Positions 46,765 through 56,474 of a stretch of DNA of 64,000 bases are shown here, piece by piece. The translations under genes were made by a program, and so were the position numbers. Source of the DNA: an uncultured virus (IMG/VR IMGVR_UViG_3300037847_002883) (Duplodnaviria > Heunggongvirae > Uroviricota > Caudoviricetes); IMG/VR virus record IMGVR_UViG_3300037847_002883; one strand, written 5' to 3'. The notes below the pieces were generated by a model. It searched no databases and was not told the origin of the DNA. It saw nothing but the letters and a program-made list of their open reading frames with translations. The stretch's first letter is position 1. Each line of letters starts with the position of its first letter.

Positions 46765-48069
46765 ATGGAATCAATCGTAGCAAAGCGAGAACTCGGTAAT
46801 GGCCGATGGGATAAAGCCCTAAAGCGCAAAATGGTTGAATTGTCTGTTGCTGATAACTATGATGAAGCAAAAGAAGAATGGATTGCTACTGGTGAAGTTT
46901 GGTGGGCAGGAAACGAAGAAGTTCCTGATTGGGTCGCTAATTCACAAATGGGACAAGGCAAATGTCTTTGTGGACATATTGTAGTTTATCACTTTCAAAT
47001 CACCAACACCGAAAATGGCGTTGTTGAATGCGTTGGTAGCGACCATATCAATACATATCTTATTATGCGAGCAATTGCAGAAGATGAGGGCATTTCAATT
47101 AATGCTATCACCGATGAGAAGATTCAAGAATGGATTGATGTGCGAACTAAATCAATGAAAGCAGAAGCGTGGTGGAAAGCCAACGGTGCTGGATTTGAAA
47201 TGATGTTTGATTCTGTCAAGGAAATGGATTTGTTCTTCAATGTTCGTGATACCAACAAAACCTTTTATGACTCTGAGATTCAAGCATATTCAACTGAAAA
47301 GCATATCCGTAAGCGAGCCGAAGGTCAATTTGGTAGTCCTGAATATAAGATGGCTTCTATTGTTTGGCGTTGGAATCACCCAGATAATCCAAAGGCTCAA
47401 ATCAATACGACAGGCTATCCGAATGATAACTTGATGAAGGATTTGTCTTTGTTCTATGTGATGCAAGCCCAGTATCTTCCACAATTCAATAAAGCAAAGA
47501 AAGCGCGTGAAGAACGAATTTTTGAAATTGCAGAAAGAAAGCGACGAGCAGAAGAACGAATGGAACGGGAACGAATTGCCCGTGAAGAACGAGAAGCCGA
47601 GCGTTTGCGTATTTACAATCTTCCTGAAAATGTTGAGAAGCGTCGTCTTCAAGCAATTGAAGAAGAAAAGCGTTTAGCGTCGTTGGCTGAAGCCCGACGA
47701 CTTGCAGCAATTGAAGATGAAAAGCGTCGTAAAGCAAGAGCCATTCAAAAACAAATGGAGCAAGAAGACACTCTTCGGAATAATAATTCCGAGTTTGAGA
47801 ATATGTGTGGCTACTATGGTATTCCAGTATTTGATGAATCTTATGCAGGTAATGATTGGGAACGGGAGTTTTTGTCAAGTGTTAAGGAACAAATGTTGTC
47901 GGGCAAATCAATGTCCGATAGGCAACTTAGCACCATGAAAAGGATTCTAACCCAAGAGCCAGCAACATCAAAGCAAATTAACTACTTGATTAGCCTTGGC
48001 TTTGAAGGTCAAACTGATAATTTATCAAAAATGCAAGCAAGCAAGTTAATTAGTGAATATATTCAATAG
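46765..48069 (+). CDS. Hypothetical protein with Zn motif and charged coiled coil
   Basis: CLCGH...VGSDH; E/R-rich helix; C-terminal PATSKQINYL..L. Confidence 0.6.
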   Translation: MESIVAKRELGNGRWDKALKRKMVELSVADNYDEAKEEWIATGEVWWAGNEEVPDWVANSQMGQGKCLCGHIVVYHFQITNTENGVVECVGSDHINTYLIMRAIAEDEGISINAITDEKIQEWIDVRTKSMKAEAWWKANGAGFEMMFDSVKEMDLFFNVRDTNKTFYDSEIQAYSTEKHIRKRAEGQFGSPEYKMASIVWRWNHPDNPKAQINTTGYPNDNLMKDLSLFYVMQAQYLPQFNKAKKAREERIFEIAERKRRAEERMERERIAREEREAERLRIYNLPENVEKRRLQAIEEEKRLASLAEARRLAAIEDEKRRKARAIQKQMEQEDTLRNNNSEFENMCGYYGIPVFDESYAGNDWEREFLSSVKEQMLSGKSMSDRQLSTMKRILTQEPATSKQINYLISLGFEGQTDNLSKMQASKLISEYIQ

Positions 48070-48291
48070 GCGGATTCGTGTAATCAGGTGAGGCTCGCTT
48101 TGTGCCTTGTTGTTGTTTCGCCGCCATTGATACCGCAGGTTTAAAAGTAAAAATCATCACAAGGTTCGGCATCTTTTAGATGGTTTTCCTGCACCCACTC
48201 ACGGGTTTTTCCAGTAAAAACGACAATCTTTACCTCACGGAATAGTAGTGTTGCATTCTATGAGTCGTTTTCCCACACTTGAGGTGTTAAT

Positions 48292-48555
48292 ATGATTAAT
48301 TGGATTAAGAAATACTTTGTTGTTGAACAGAAAACAACACACACTAAAAAGTGCAACATATGTTATCTAAGAGCAGATTATCATATGTTGGTTCAATTCC
48401 AAAGAATTAATCTAGAAAATGTAGATAATAAAATACTAATACAAATTTGCGAGAGTTGTTATAATGAAATTAATGAGAGATATAATCCCGACTCACAACC
48501 ACCGCCTATACAAAAAGGAGTTTTTGTTGCGGAGTTGTTGGGCAGAAGAGAATAG
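48292..48555 (+). CDS. Small Zn-finger protein
   Basis: CNIC...CESC; GAGGTG SD. Confidence 0.5.
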   Translation: MINWIKKYFVVEQKTTHTKKCNICYLRADYHMLVQFQRINLENVDNKILIQICESCYNEINERYNPDSQPPPIQKGVFVAELLGRRE

Positions 48556-48802
48556 AAAAAGAATATTTAAAGAACTAAGGAGTTTAGGAATGCCTCCGTA
48601 TCAAGCATTCCAAATATCAATAAAAAGGATGTATGAAAATGAATAAAGAAATTAAGAACAAAATGTGGTCGCTACTTGATTATGCGACCTCCACCTTGAA
48701 GCACTACGAAAACGAAAATACCCATTGGAAAACTACTCTTTCTTTGGCTCGTTTTGAAGCACAAGAATTGCTAGAATTGACAAAATCTCTGGATGAGGAG
48801 GA

Positions 48803-49039
48803 ATGAATATGGATAGTTTTATTACGATTAAATACGGCAACACCCTTTACAATGATGGGACAATTAGCAAGACAACCATTTACAATTTTAATACTGTGGA
48901 GGCTTTCCGAACATCATGGGCAAATCGTAGCCAATTGTCAAATGCAGACTATCAAGCAAATGTTAAGGAATTGACCATTCAATGCCGAGAGTTTGTTGAT
49001 GCTACTGAATACCTTAACTCTCTGGGTGAAGAAGAATGA
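48803..49039 (+). CDS. Hypothetical protein
   Basis: GAGGAGG SD. Confidence 0.55.
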   Translation: MNMDSFITIKYGNTLYNDGTISKTTIYNFNTVEAFRTSWANRSQLSNADYQANVKELTIQCREFVDATEYLNSLGEEE

Positions 49040-49285
49040 ATCACGATGAAAGAATTGGAAACGGAGTCATGACAATGACTGTGGCTGAAATGGCCGCACT
49101 ACCAACTGTTGAATTGGTTGGATTGATTTTGAATCTTCGGTTCAAACTGCGAGCATTTATGGGTGAACAACAATGAATGAAGTTATTTGTTTTCATTGCT
49201 CTAAACTTTTGGGCGTAAGTATTGATGTTGCGGAACAAGTTATTTTTTGTCTTGAATGTAAAAACATATGCGAGAAGGTGATGAT

Positions 49286-49939
49286 TTGAATATCTTTGCA
49301 CTATCACGAAATCCTGTTGAAGCGGCTCAACAAATGATTGATAAGCATATTATCAAAATGCCGACTGAAACCTGTCAAATGTTGCATACTAACATTCTTT
49401 ATATGCAATATGTCAAAGAACACGGTGAAGAACCTCAATTGAAAGACCTTAAGGCTTTTCACCTCGCCACCGAGTCAAAATTAATGAAGCCAGCCATGCT
49501 CAACCACCCCTCAACCATTTGGGCGAGGCAAACTTATGCTAATTGGAACTGGCTTTATGAACATGGCTTGGCTCTTTGTGATGAATATACTTATCGCTAC
49601 GAGAAAAAGCATGGGACTCTACAAAGAATCCTTGATTGTGTTCCTTACTTTGATGTGGTGTTTGAACACCCTTTTCAAAAGAAGCGACTACAACCTGTTT
49701 CAATTGCTATGGACGACCAGTATCGGATTCCTAATCCAATGGATATTCCTAACTGGGATTTTGTAATTGAATCATATCGCCACTATTACCTTGAGGGCAA
49801 GTGGCGTATTGCCGAATGGCGCAAGAACCGTCGTCCTGATTGGTTTCCTGCAAACCACTACGCAAAGAAATATAATGTAGGTGTTCGTGCTTACAATGCT
49901 CGTAAGCCACGATACCCACAACAACTGATGGAGGAATAA
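49286..49939 (+). CDS. Pyrimidine-dimer DNA glycosylase (DenV/endonuclease V-like) family protein
   Basis: (M)NIF.L...A.Q.MIDKH.IKM..E..QML, NHPSTIWAR, L.LC.EYTYRY.K.H, ESYRHYY. Confidence 0.7.
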   Translation: MNIFALSRNPVEAAQQMIDKHIIKMPTETCQMLHTNILYMQYVKEHGEEPQLKDLKAFHLATESKLMKPAMLNHPSTIWARQTYANWNWLYEHGLALCDEYTYRYEKKHGTLQRILDCVPYFDVVFEHPFQKKRLQPVSIAMDDQYRIPNPMDIPNWDFVIESYRHYYLEGKWRIAEWRKNRRPDWFPANHYAKKYNVGVRAYNARKPRYPQQLMEE

Positions 49940-49941
49940 AT

Positions 49942-50181
49942 ATGGTAGACTTAAATGAAGAAATGATTGAAGAAATATACGCAATACTTAAGGATGGTTG
50001 TAGTCAAACTGAATCTTGGTCTATTGAGAATAGAGTTAATGTGTATAGGCTACATTTTATCAAGATGTATATTGATAAAATGATTTATGGGACTTCTAAT
50101 AAAGAAGTAGAGAATATGTTTGCAGAATGGAATATCCCCAGACTGATTAATAAAGAAAAACCAGATGGATGGGAGGAATAA
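49942..50181 (+). CDS. Hypothetical protein
   Basis: GGAGG SD. Confidence 0.5.
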   Translation: MVDLNEEMIEEIYAILKDGCSQTESWSIENRVNVYRLHFIKMYIDKMIYGTSNKEVENMFAEWNIPRLINKEKPDGWEE

Positions 50182-50183
50182 AT

Positions 50184-50435
50184 ATGAATAGTGAGATTGA
50201 AATGACAATGCTTGAGTCTCTCAAGAAAGAATTTGGAGAGACTTACGAAGCATTAGAAGAAGTAATCGTGATGGATAAATTGCGAATTGCTCAAGAATTG
50301 TATAACAAAACAGTTGATGATTATCGTGGAAACCAATCAGCCAAAAACTACAATATGCTGGTGGTTGCTATGATTTGTCTCCAATATTGGGGGCAAAAGA
50401 AAGTCAAACTGTTTTCTCTTACGGAGGACTTTTGA
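50184..50435 (+). CDS. Hypothetical protein
   Basis: GGAGGAATAAATATG start. Confidence 0.55.
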   Translation: MNSEIEMTMLESLKKEFGETYEALEEVIVMDKLRIAQELYNKTVDDYRGNQSAKNYNMLVVAMICLQYWGQKKVKLFSLTEDF

Positions 50436-50547
50436 ATGTGTGGAGCAATTTCAGTTCCATGCAAAACAGAAGGTTGTGAACGCTTCACAAAAGAAGAGTA
50501 TTGTTCACAATGTAAAACAAATATGAATCATTTAACAGGTGTTTAAA

Positions 50548-50850
50548 ATGGAATGTAAAAAATGTGAAGGAAAGGGATGGTATAAAGTCCCAAATCATCG
50601 TCTTGAAATTATGGAGAATGTTGAATGTATGGATTGTTTAGCACATGAACACTTCAAAGACCACTTGAAAGACGAATTATCTCGCTTGTTAATCAACACA
50701 AGTCCACAAAAACTGGCACAAATTGTAGCACAGTTAGTCGTTAATTCGGTGGATAGAAACGAGAACGACGACATTCAGCGCATTGAGGGCATCATTCATA
50801 CGAAGAATGTCTTGAATGCGCTCACGCTTGCAGAAGCGTATTCACAGTAG
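50548..50850 (+). CDS. Zn-finger hypothetical protein
   Basis: CKKCEGKG...CMDC. Confidence 0.55.
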   Translation: MECKKCEGKGWYKVPNHRLEIMENVECMDCLAHEHFKDHLKDELSRLLINTSPQKLAQIVAQLVVNSVDRNENDDIQRIEGIIHTKNVLNALTLAEAYSQ

Positions 50851-50863
50851 GAATGGTTCACAT

Positions 50864-50939
50864 GGGCGTATGGTGTAATAGGATAGCATTTTGGCCTTCT
50901 AAGCCGAAGATTCGGGTTCAAATCCTGATACGCCCGCCA
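50864..50939 (+). tRNA. tRNA-Arg(UCU)
   Basis: Acceptor GGGCGTA/TACGCCC, loop CT-TCT-AA, GGTTCAAATCC, encoded CCA. Confidence 0.9.
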
Positions 50940-50986
50940 TTCCTTCTGTATGACCAACTTTTCGGTTGCGAGTCGCCCAAAATTGC

Positions 50987-50999
50987 GTTCTTTATATAC
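50987..50999 (+). promoter_or_regulatory. TATA promoter GTTCTTTATATAC
   Basis: Same 13-mer as at 10072 (minus strand). Confidence 0.6.
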
Positions 51000-51050
51000 A
51001 CTCATGGGAACTCGTTTCACCCGAACTAATATGAATAAAGAGGAAGAAAT

Positions 51051-51422
51051 ATGCACACAGAACAAGAAACAATACAAACCGTGTTGCTCAATGTAATGTT
51101 GAACAATGACGGTGCAACAACAGAAGAATTAAAAAATGCTTTAATTCATGCTGGTTTGATTAAGCCAACAACGAATACTATGGATAATACAATCAGAGCA
51201 GGAATGATTGCCTTACAAAGAAGGTTTGCTAAGCAATTTAATATTATATTGCATACAATGAGTCCACATATCAAACAAAGAAAATACATTCCTTTTGAGA
51301 AGGCTAAGCAATTTTGCATAGATAATCTTTTGGAAGAGATGTATGATGAGGACGGAAACCATGTTGGATATTATTTCCAACACCCAATAGCACTAAGTAA
51401 AGAGAGGATTGATTTAATATGA
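51051..51422 (+). CDS. Hypothetical (wHTH-like) protein
   Basis: ORF with GAGG SD. Confidence 0.5.
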   Translation: MHTEQETIQTVLLNVMLNNDGATTEELKNALIHAGLIKPTTNTMDNTIRAGMIALQRRFAKQFNIILHTMSPHIKQRKYIPFEKAKQFCIDNLLEEMYDEDGNHVGYYFQHPIALSKERIDLI

Positions 51423-51667
51423 CCCCAAGAATACCAAATGTAGAATTTAGAATAATTGACGCAGAAGATATGCCACCAATGGTTATATCACAGAATGAAA
51501 AGGATGAACCAAAGGTAGTGATTAACACTTATCACCGACTTTGGTTAAGTCTTAACCGACGATTGATTGCTGGCATCATTGATGCTTTGCCTGAAAAACT
51601 AGATATGATTTTGACTTCATATCTTAAGGAACAGCGAAACTTTGAAAAAATGGATAGGGAGGAATAA
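51419..51667 (+). CDS. Hypothetical protein
   Basis: Closely packed ORF with GAGG SD. Confidence 0.55.
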   Translation: MTPRIPNVEFRIIDAEDMPPMVISQNEKDEPKVVINTYHRLWLSLNRRLIAGIIDALPEKLDMILTSYLKEQRNFEKMDREE

Positions 51668-51669
51668 AT

Positions 51670-52095
51670 ATGGCTAATGGAATACAAAAGGAATGCATAA
51701 TGTGTAAAGCAACATTTGTTACGAGAACAATTTCTTCTGCTTCTTGGCAGAAACATTGTGAAGAGTGTCAAATCACAAGAAAGAGAGAACAACACATTCA
51801 CCGAACTCAATCAAGGATTGAGAACCTTGAAGAATCTCTTCGCTCAGAAATGAAAACTTTGAGCCATAAAGTGTCAGATATTGATATTCTAATCTCAGCA
51901 GAGATTAGTAATGCCTTATCCAAACTTACAGATAATGATTTGTATGAGGCTTTGATGGCTTCCATGCAAAAACAAATTGATGCATTTATGTCTCAGATTG
52001 AGGCAGATAACAAAAAGTTTAGAGAAAAGATGCAAAGGCAATTGCTCACCATGAACAACAAATTAGTAAAAATTATGCAGGAGATGGAAGAATGA
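51670..52095 (+). CDS. Zn-finger plus coiled-coil protein
   Basis: CIMC...CEEC then heptads. Confidence 0.55.
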   Translation: MANGIQKECIMCKATFVTRTISSASWQKHCEECQITRKREQHIHRTQSRIENLEESLRSEMKTLSHKVSDIDILISAEISNALSKLTDNDLYEALMASMQKQIDAFMSQIEADNKKFREKMQRQLLTMNNKLVKIMQEMEE

Positions 52096-52207
52096 TTAAA
52101 ACATTGGCAAAGATTGCATTTTGGGGAACAGTCGGCGTAGCAACGGGTGTTGTGGGTATTGGCTTACTTGCCGCCCTTGACGATGCAGATTACCCTTTGG
52201 AGTAGGT

Positions 52208-52223
52208 GGACTCCTTTATATAC
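52208..52223 (+). promoter_or_regulatory. TATA promoter GGACTCCTTTATATAC
   Basis: Identical to 43551; upstream of Ubl gene. Confidence 0.7.
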
Positions 52224-52260
52224 TTTGGAAGAGTAGAGAAAACACAACGGAGATGATAAT

Positions 52261-52467
52261 ATGATTAAGTTGAGAATTATGAACGAAACGGGACACACAG
52301 AAGTTGTCCTTGCAGAAAGCGAAGTTATTGACCAAATTGACCAGCACCCGACCCATTGGGTGTTTATTGACGGTGAAATGGTTGCTAGAGAATCTATCGG
52401 GGAAATTAACTGGGACACCGTTCAATCGGTGGATTTGACCCCCGCTATTGTTGGAGGAAGTTATTGA
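52261..52467 (+). CDS. Ubiquitin-like (beta-grasp) protein ending GG-SY
   Basis: 68 aa; beta-beta-alpha-beta pattern, VFIDGE, final strand VDLTPAIVGG as in ThiS/MoaD/SAMP-type proteins. Confidence 0.7.
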   Translation: MIKLRIMNETGHTEVVLAESEVIDQIDQHPTHWVFIDGEMVARESIGEINWDTVQSVDLTPAIVGGSY

Positions 52468-52502
52468 GATTAATTTCTCTTAACTCTTCCAAACCACCAT
52501 TC

Positions 52503-52547
52503 GGGGGTAGCGTAGGATTTAATCCATCCTGCGCTATCCCCTTTTTT
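52503..52547 (+). terminator. Hairpin-T terminator after Ubl gene
   Basis: GGGGGTAGCGTAGGAT...ATCCTGCGCTATCCCC-TTTTTT. Confidence 0.65.
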
Positions 52548-52549
52548 GG

Positions 52550-52933
52550 GTGATGACACCCGATTTGATAAATTTTATCAACCAAAATGGATTAAAAATA
52601 ATGCTAGACCTCAAAGGATGGACTTATTCCTCCGCTATTGAGATAAATGGTTTAGCAGTAGTCAAACCCGACTTTTACCCACCCCGCCATGTCCTCGCTA
52701 TGGGCAAGAGGGGCTACATTTATTGCGACGGGCAGACTCGGATAGATTACGCAGGGCAAGTGTTTTCATCAACAGATGAATTACTCAATACCTGCGGAGA
52801 AGAAGCAATTCTTCATTTTAAGGACTGGGTATTCCTTGAAGAAAAAGAATGGGTGATAACCGATGGTAGTCGTTGGTTAGCCTCATTCTCAAATCTTTCA
52901 GAATTACCTAAAAGAAGTAAATATAGGTGTTAA
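52550..52933 (+). CDS. Hypothetical protein
   Basis: 127-aa ORF; start uncertain. Confidence 0.5.
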   Translation: MMTPDLINFINQNGLKIMLDLKGWTYSSAIEINGLAVVKPDFYPPRHVLAMGKRGYIYCDGQTRIDYAGQVFSSTDELLNTCGEEAILHFKDWVFLEEKEWVITDGSRWLASFSNLSELPKRSKYRC

Positions 52934-52935
52934 AT

Positions 52936-54801
52936 ATGACTCAAGCCCCAAACAAAAAGATTTTATCAGATATTACTGTTCACATGAAATATGCAAAATA
53001 CAACCCAGAATTACTCCGAAGAGAATCGTGGGATGAAATTGTTGAAAGAAATATGCAAATGCACATCAAAACCTATCCTCAATTAGAAGAGGATATTCGT
53101 GATGTTTATACTCACTTTGTCAAAACCAAGAAAGTTTTGCCTTCCATGCGCTCAATGCAATTTGGTGGTAAGCCAATTGAGATTAGCCCAAACCGTGTCT
53201 ATAATTGTGCTTATATGCCAATTGATACTCACATCGCTTTTAGCGAGGCCATGTTTCTTTTGTTAGGAGGAACAGGTGTTGGATATTCTGTTCAGCGACA
53301 CCATGTAGAATTAATGTCTGCAATTCAGCATCCTAATCCAAATCGCCAACGACGATATTTAGTAAATGATTCTATTGAAGGTTGGGCTGATGCAGTAAAG
53401 ATTCTAATGGAATGTTATACGGGTGTTAGAACATCTACGCCTACATTTGATTATTCAGACATTAGACCAAAAGGTTCTCTTTTGAAAACTTCTGGTGGAA
53501 AAGCGCCAGGCCCACAACCATTGAGAGAATGTCTCGTTAAAATTGAAGGTATGCTTCAAAACATTCCTAATGGTTCTATGTTGAAACCAATTCAAGCACA
53601 CGATATTATGTGTCATATTGCCGATGCTGTTCTTAGTGGTGGTATTCGTCGTGCGGCTATGATTAGTTTATTTTCAGCAGACGACCATGAAATGATTGCT
53701 TGTAAATCTGGTAATTGGTGGGAAAACAATCCCCAAAGAGGCAGAGCAAACAATTCAGCAGTTCTTTTGAGACACCGAGTAACAAAAGAATTCTTTATGG
53801 ATTTGTGGAACAGAATCAAAGCATCTGGTTCTGGAGAACCTGGAATTTATTTCAATAATGATAAAGACTGGGGAACAAATCCCTGTTGTGAAATTGCACT
53901 CCGACCATATCAATTCTGCAATCTAACTGAGGTTAATGCTTCAGATATTACAGACCAAGCAGATTTAGAGTCAAGAGTTTCTGCCGCCGCTTTCCTCGGA
54001 ACACTTCAAGCAGGATATACTGATTTCCACTATCTTCGTGAAGTTTGGCGTAAAGCAACAGAAAAGGATGCTTTGCTCGGTGTTTCCATGACAGGTATTG
54101 CTTCAAATGTTGTTGAACATTTGGATTTAGAAATGGCCGCTTACGAAGTTAAGAAGGAGAATGAGCGTGTTGCCAAAGAAATCGGTATTAATCCAGCATC
54201 AAGAACAACCTGTGTTAAACCTGCTGGAACAACTTCTCTTGTGTTAGGCACTTCTTCGGGGATTCATGCTTATCACGATGAGTATTACATTCGCCGTTTG
54301 CGTGTTGGTAAGAATGAAGCAATCTATGGTTATCTCGCAAATAATCATCCCGAATTGGTTGAGGATGAGTTCTTCAACCCGCACGAACAAGCAGTTATTT
54401 CAGTTCCTCAAAAAGCACCCGAAGGTGCAATTACACGCCACGAATCGGTATTTGATTTGTTAGAGCGAGTCAAAAACTTTAGTATTCGTTGGGTTCGTGC
54501 AGGGCATAATGATGGACTGAATACCCACAATGTTTCCGCCACAATTTCTATTAAAGAAGATGAATGGGAAACAGTAGCCGATTGGATGTGGTTAAACCGA
54601 CATTACTATAATGGTCTGTCTGTTCTCCCGTATGACGGAGGCACATATACTCAAGCACCTTTTGAAACCTGTGATAAAGAAACCTATGATAAATTGACCG
54701 AAACACTTCAAGATGTTGATTTAACAATGGTTCAAGAATTACAAGATGATACAGACCTTTCGGGCGAATTAGCCTGTGCTGGTGGTGCTTGCGAAATCTA
54801 A
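52936..54801 (+). CDS. nrdJ: Class II (B12-dependent) ribonucleotide reductase
   Basis: PSMR, YNCAY, GGTGVGYS, RRAA.I, TNPCCEI, FCNLTE, VKPAGTTS, C-terminal CAGGACEI. Confidence 0.92.
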   Translation: MTQAPNKKILSDITVHMKYAKYNPELLRRESWDEIVERNMQMHIKTYPQLEEDIRDVYTHFVKTKKVLPSMRSMQFGGKPIEISPNRVYNCAYMPIDTHIAFSEAMFLLLGGTGVGYSVQRHHVELMSAIQHPNPNRQRRYLVNDSIEGWADAVKILMECYTGVRTSTPTFDYSDIRPKGSLLKTSGGKAPGPQPLRECLVKIEGMLQNIPNGSMLKPIQAHDIMCHIADAVLSGGIRRAAMISLFSADDHEMIACKSGNWWENNPQRGRANNSAVLLRHRVTKEFFMDLWNRIKASGSGEPGIYFNNDKDWGTNPCCEIALRPYQFCNLTEVNASDITDQADLESRVSAAAFLGTLQAGYTDFHYLREVWRKATEKDALLGVSMTGIASNVVEHLDLEMAAYEVKKENERVAKEIGINPASRTTCVKPAGTTSLVLGTSSGIHAYHDEYYIRRLRVGKNEAIYGYLANNHPELVEDEFFNPHEQAVISVPQKAPEGAITRHESVFDLLERVKNFSIRWVRAGHNDGLNTHNVSATISIKEDEWETVADWMWLNRHYYNGLSVLPYDGGTYTQAPFETCDKETYDKLTETLQDVDLTMVQELQDDTDLSGELACAGGACEI

Positions 54802-54810
54802 GGTGATTAA

Positions 54811-55185
54811 ATGAAACTCTCCAAAATTTCTAATTTTGAAGAGTATTTAGATGTAATAACAATAATGGCTAGAGATTTATCGGATGAATCTTTACATAGA
54901 ATAGGTATGGCAATCAATGTCTGTGATTCTTACATGGATGAGCAGGAAAAAATATATAGGCTAAATACCACTCTCAAAAAATGTCTGTGGGAATATGAAG
55001 AAGCAATCAACATGGGCTTTCACAAATTCATAATCAAACAGACAGGTAAAATTAAAGAATTGCTTAACTACCACCACTATAATTGTGAAGGAGAATCATG
55101 CGATGTTTGTAATATATTGAAAGAAACTAAAATAAAAATGGTGATTAATAATGAAAGAGAAGAACCCGCAATATATTCTCAATAA
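54811..55185 (+). CDS. Hypothetical protein
   Basis: AGGTGA SD; C-terminal HxxCxxxxCxxC. Confidence 0.55.
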   Translation: MKLSKISNFEEYLDVITIMARDLSDESLHRIGMAINVCDSYMDEQEKIYRLNTTLKKCLWEYEEAINMGFHKFIIKQTGKIKELLNYHHYNCEGESCDVCNILKETKIKMVINNEREEPAIYSQ

Positions 55186-55316
55186 GAGAAGCAACAAACA
55201 AATAGCCACACGCTGTCGTGTATGTGGCGGCAACCTTATGGTTGCCCATGAAATCAAGAACGAAATTCATGACAAATGTGATAATGATGATAAAAATGTA
55301 TATATGATGTGATACA

Positions 55317-56474
55317 ATGAAACTAAGAATTAAAAAACCAGATGATAGTAATGATTATTTTGAAACGAACATTACTTGTGCTACCTATAATTTTAGAGAA
55401 GTTATGACGGTTAGTTATCTGCGAAGTGCTAAAGACCCAATTCAAGCAGGATTGGAAGCCTTTTGGAAAGATATTATTTCTCCTAGAAAATCAAGGAGAA
55501 CCTATTATAATGGCTTTGGATATAACTTTCATCATATTGTTTTTATTGAAGGTTGTCCTATCGTTCTTTCAAGAGAAGGCATTCGTTATCAACTGAATGG
55601 TAAATCATACAGCCTTGCGACTATTTGTTCTGCTTTAGCAAGAATTACTTACAAATCATGTTTTGAGAAGAAGCCAGACGCTTTATTGTCTGCTTTGTAT
55701 GCTACACTTAATTTACCAGAGAATGTCAAATATTGTATTGAAAATCGTGCGCCATTTCATTTCTTCCAAGACTTTGAGAAGCAAGATGTTCGTTTGAATG
55801 TCGTTCAAATTGATGATAAGATGCTCGCTATGGAAATCAGCGATGGTGTTTGGGGTGAAATAACTCCGAAGCAACTTGACTCTTACTGTAATTTCTATGT
55901 TCATGGTAAGCGAAGAGGCTCATGGAAGTATCTTTCTCCTAAATCCCTATATACTAGGTTGATGGGTCGTGAACCAACGGAGGCTGAATTGAAAGTGATG
56001 GTCGCCTTTTTGATGCAGAACAGAATGCAAGACATTGTGGATGCAAGAGCATTAGAATTAGTGGCTGATATGTTGGTTCAACACAAAGGCCGACTATCTG
56101 CTGAATATGACAATGATGGGGTTCTAACAAATCTCTTCGTTAGAGGTAAAGATTATGATTGGCAATTGACAAATAATCGCTATAAGTCTGGTATTCAAAT
56201 GGTTTCAACCTATGTCTGGCAACCAGTCTTAGAAGTCATTAGAGATGAAGATGATGTTAAAATCATCAAGGAAAAGAAAATGTCCGAACCAGATTGGCGT
56301 GGCCCAATTTGTATTGATAATATGGCTGATGGCTCTCCATTAGGCGACCAATTCGCCGCAAGAGCGTTAGCCCTTCTTAACGACTCCTTTACAATAACAA
56401 TAGTGAATACGATTAAGCGGTATCTTGCCGCCGAACCAAATGAATATAGGATTGATAATGATGATTTGCGATGA
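55317..56474 (+). CDS. Hypothetical protein; C-terminus possibly E2-like (GPICID)
   Basis: 385 aa; WRGPICIDN resembles E2 active-site G-x-I-C-L-D. Confidence 0.4.
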   Translation: MKLRIKKPDDSNDYFETNITCATYNFREVMTVSYLRSAKDPIQAGLEAFWKDIISPRKSRRTYYNGFGYNFHHIVFIEGCPIVLSREGIRYQLNGKSYSLATICSALARITYKSCFEKKPDALLSALYATLNLPENVKYCIENRAPFHFFQDFEKQDVRLNVVQIDDKMLAMEISDGVWGEITPKQLDSYCNFYVHGKRRGSWKYLSPKSLYTRLMGREPTEAELKVMVAFLMQNRMQDIVDARALELVADMLVQHKGRLSAEYDNDGVLTNLFVRGKDYDWQLTNNRYKSGIQMVSTYVWQPVLEVIRDEDDVKIIKEKKMSEPDWRGPICIDNMADGSPLGDQFAARALALLNDSFTITIVNTIKRYLAAEPNEYRIDNDDLR

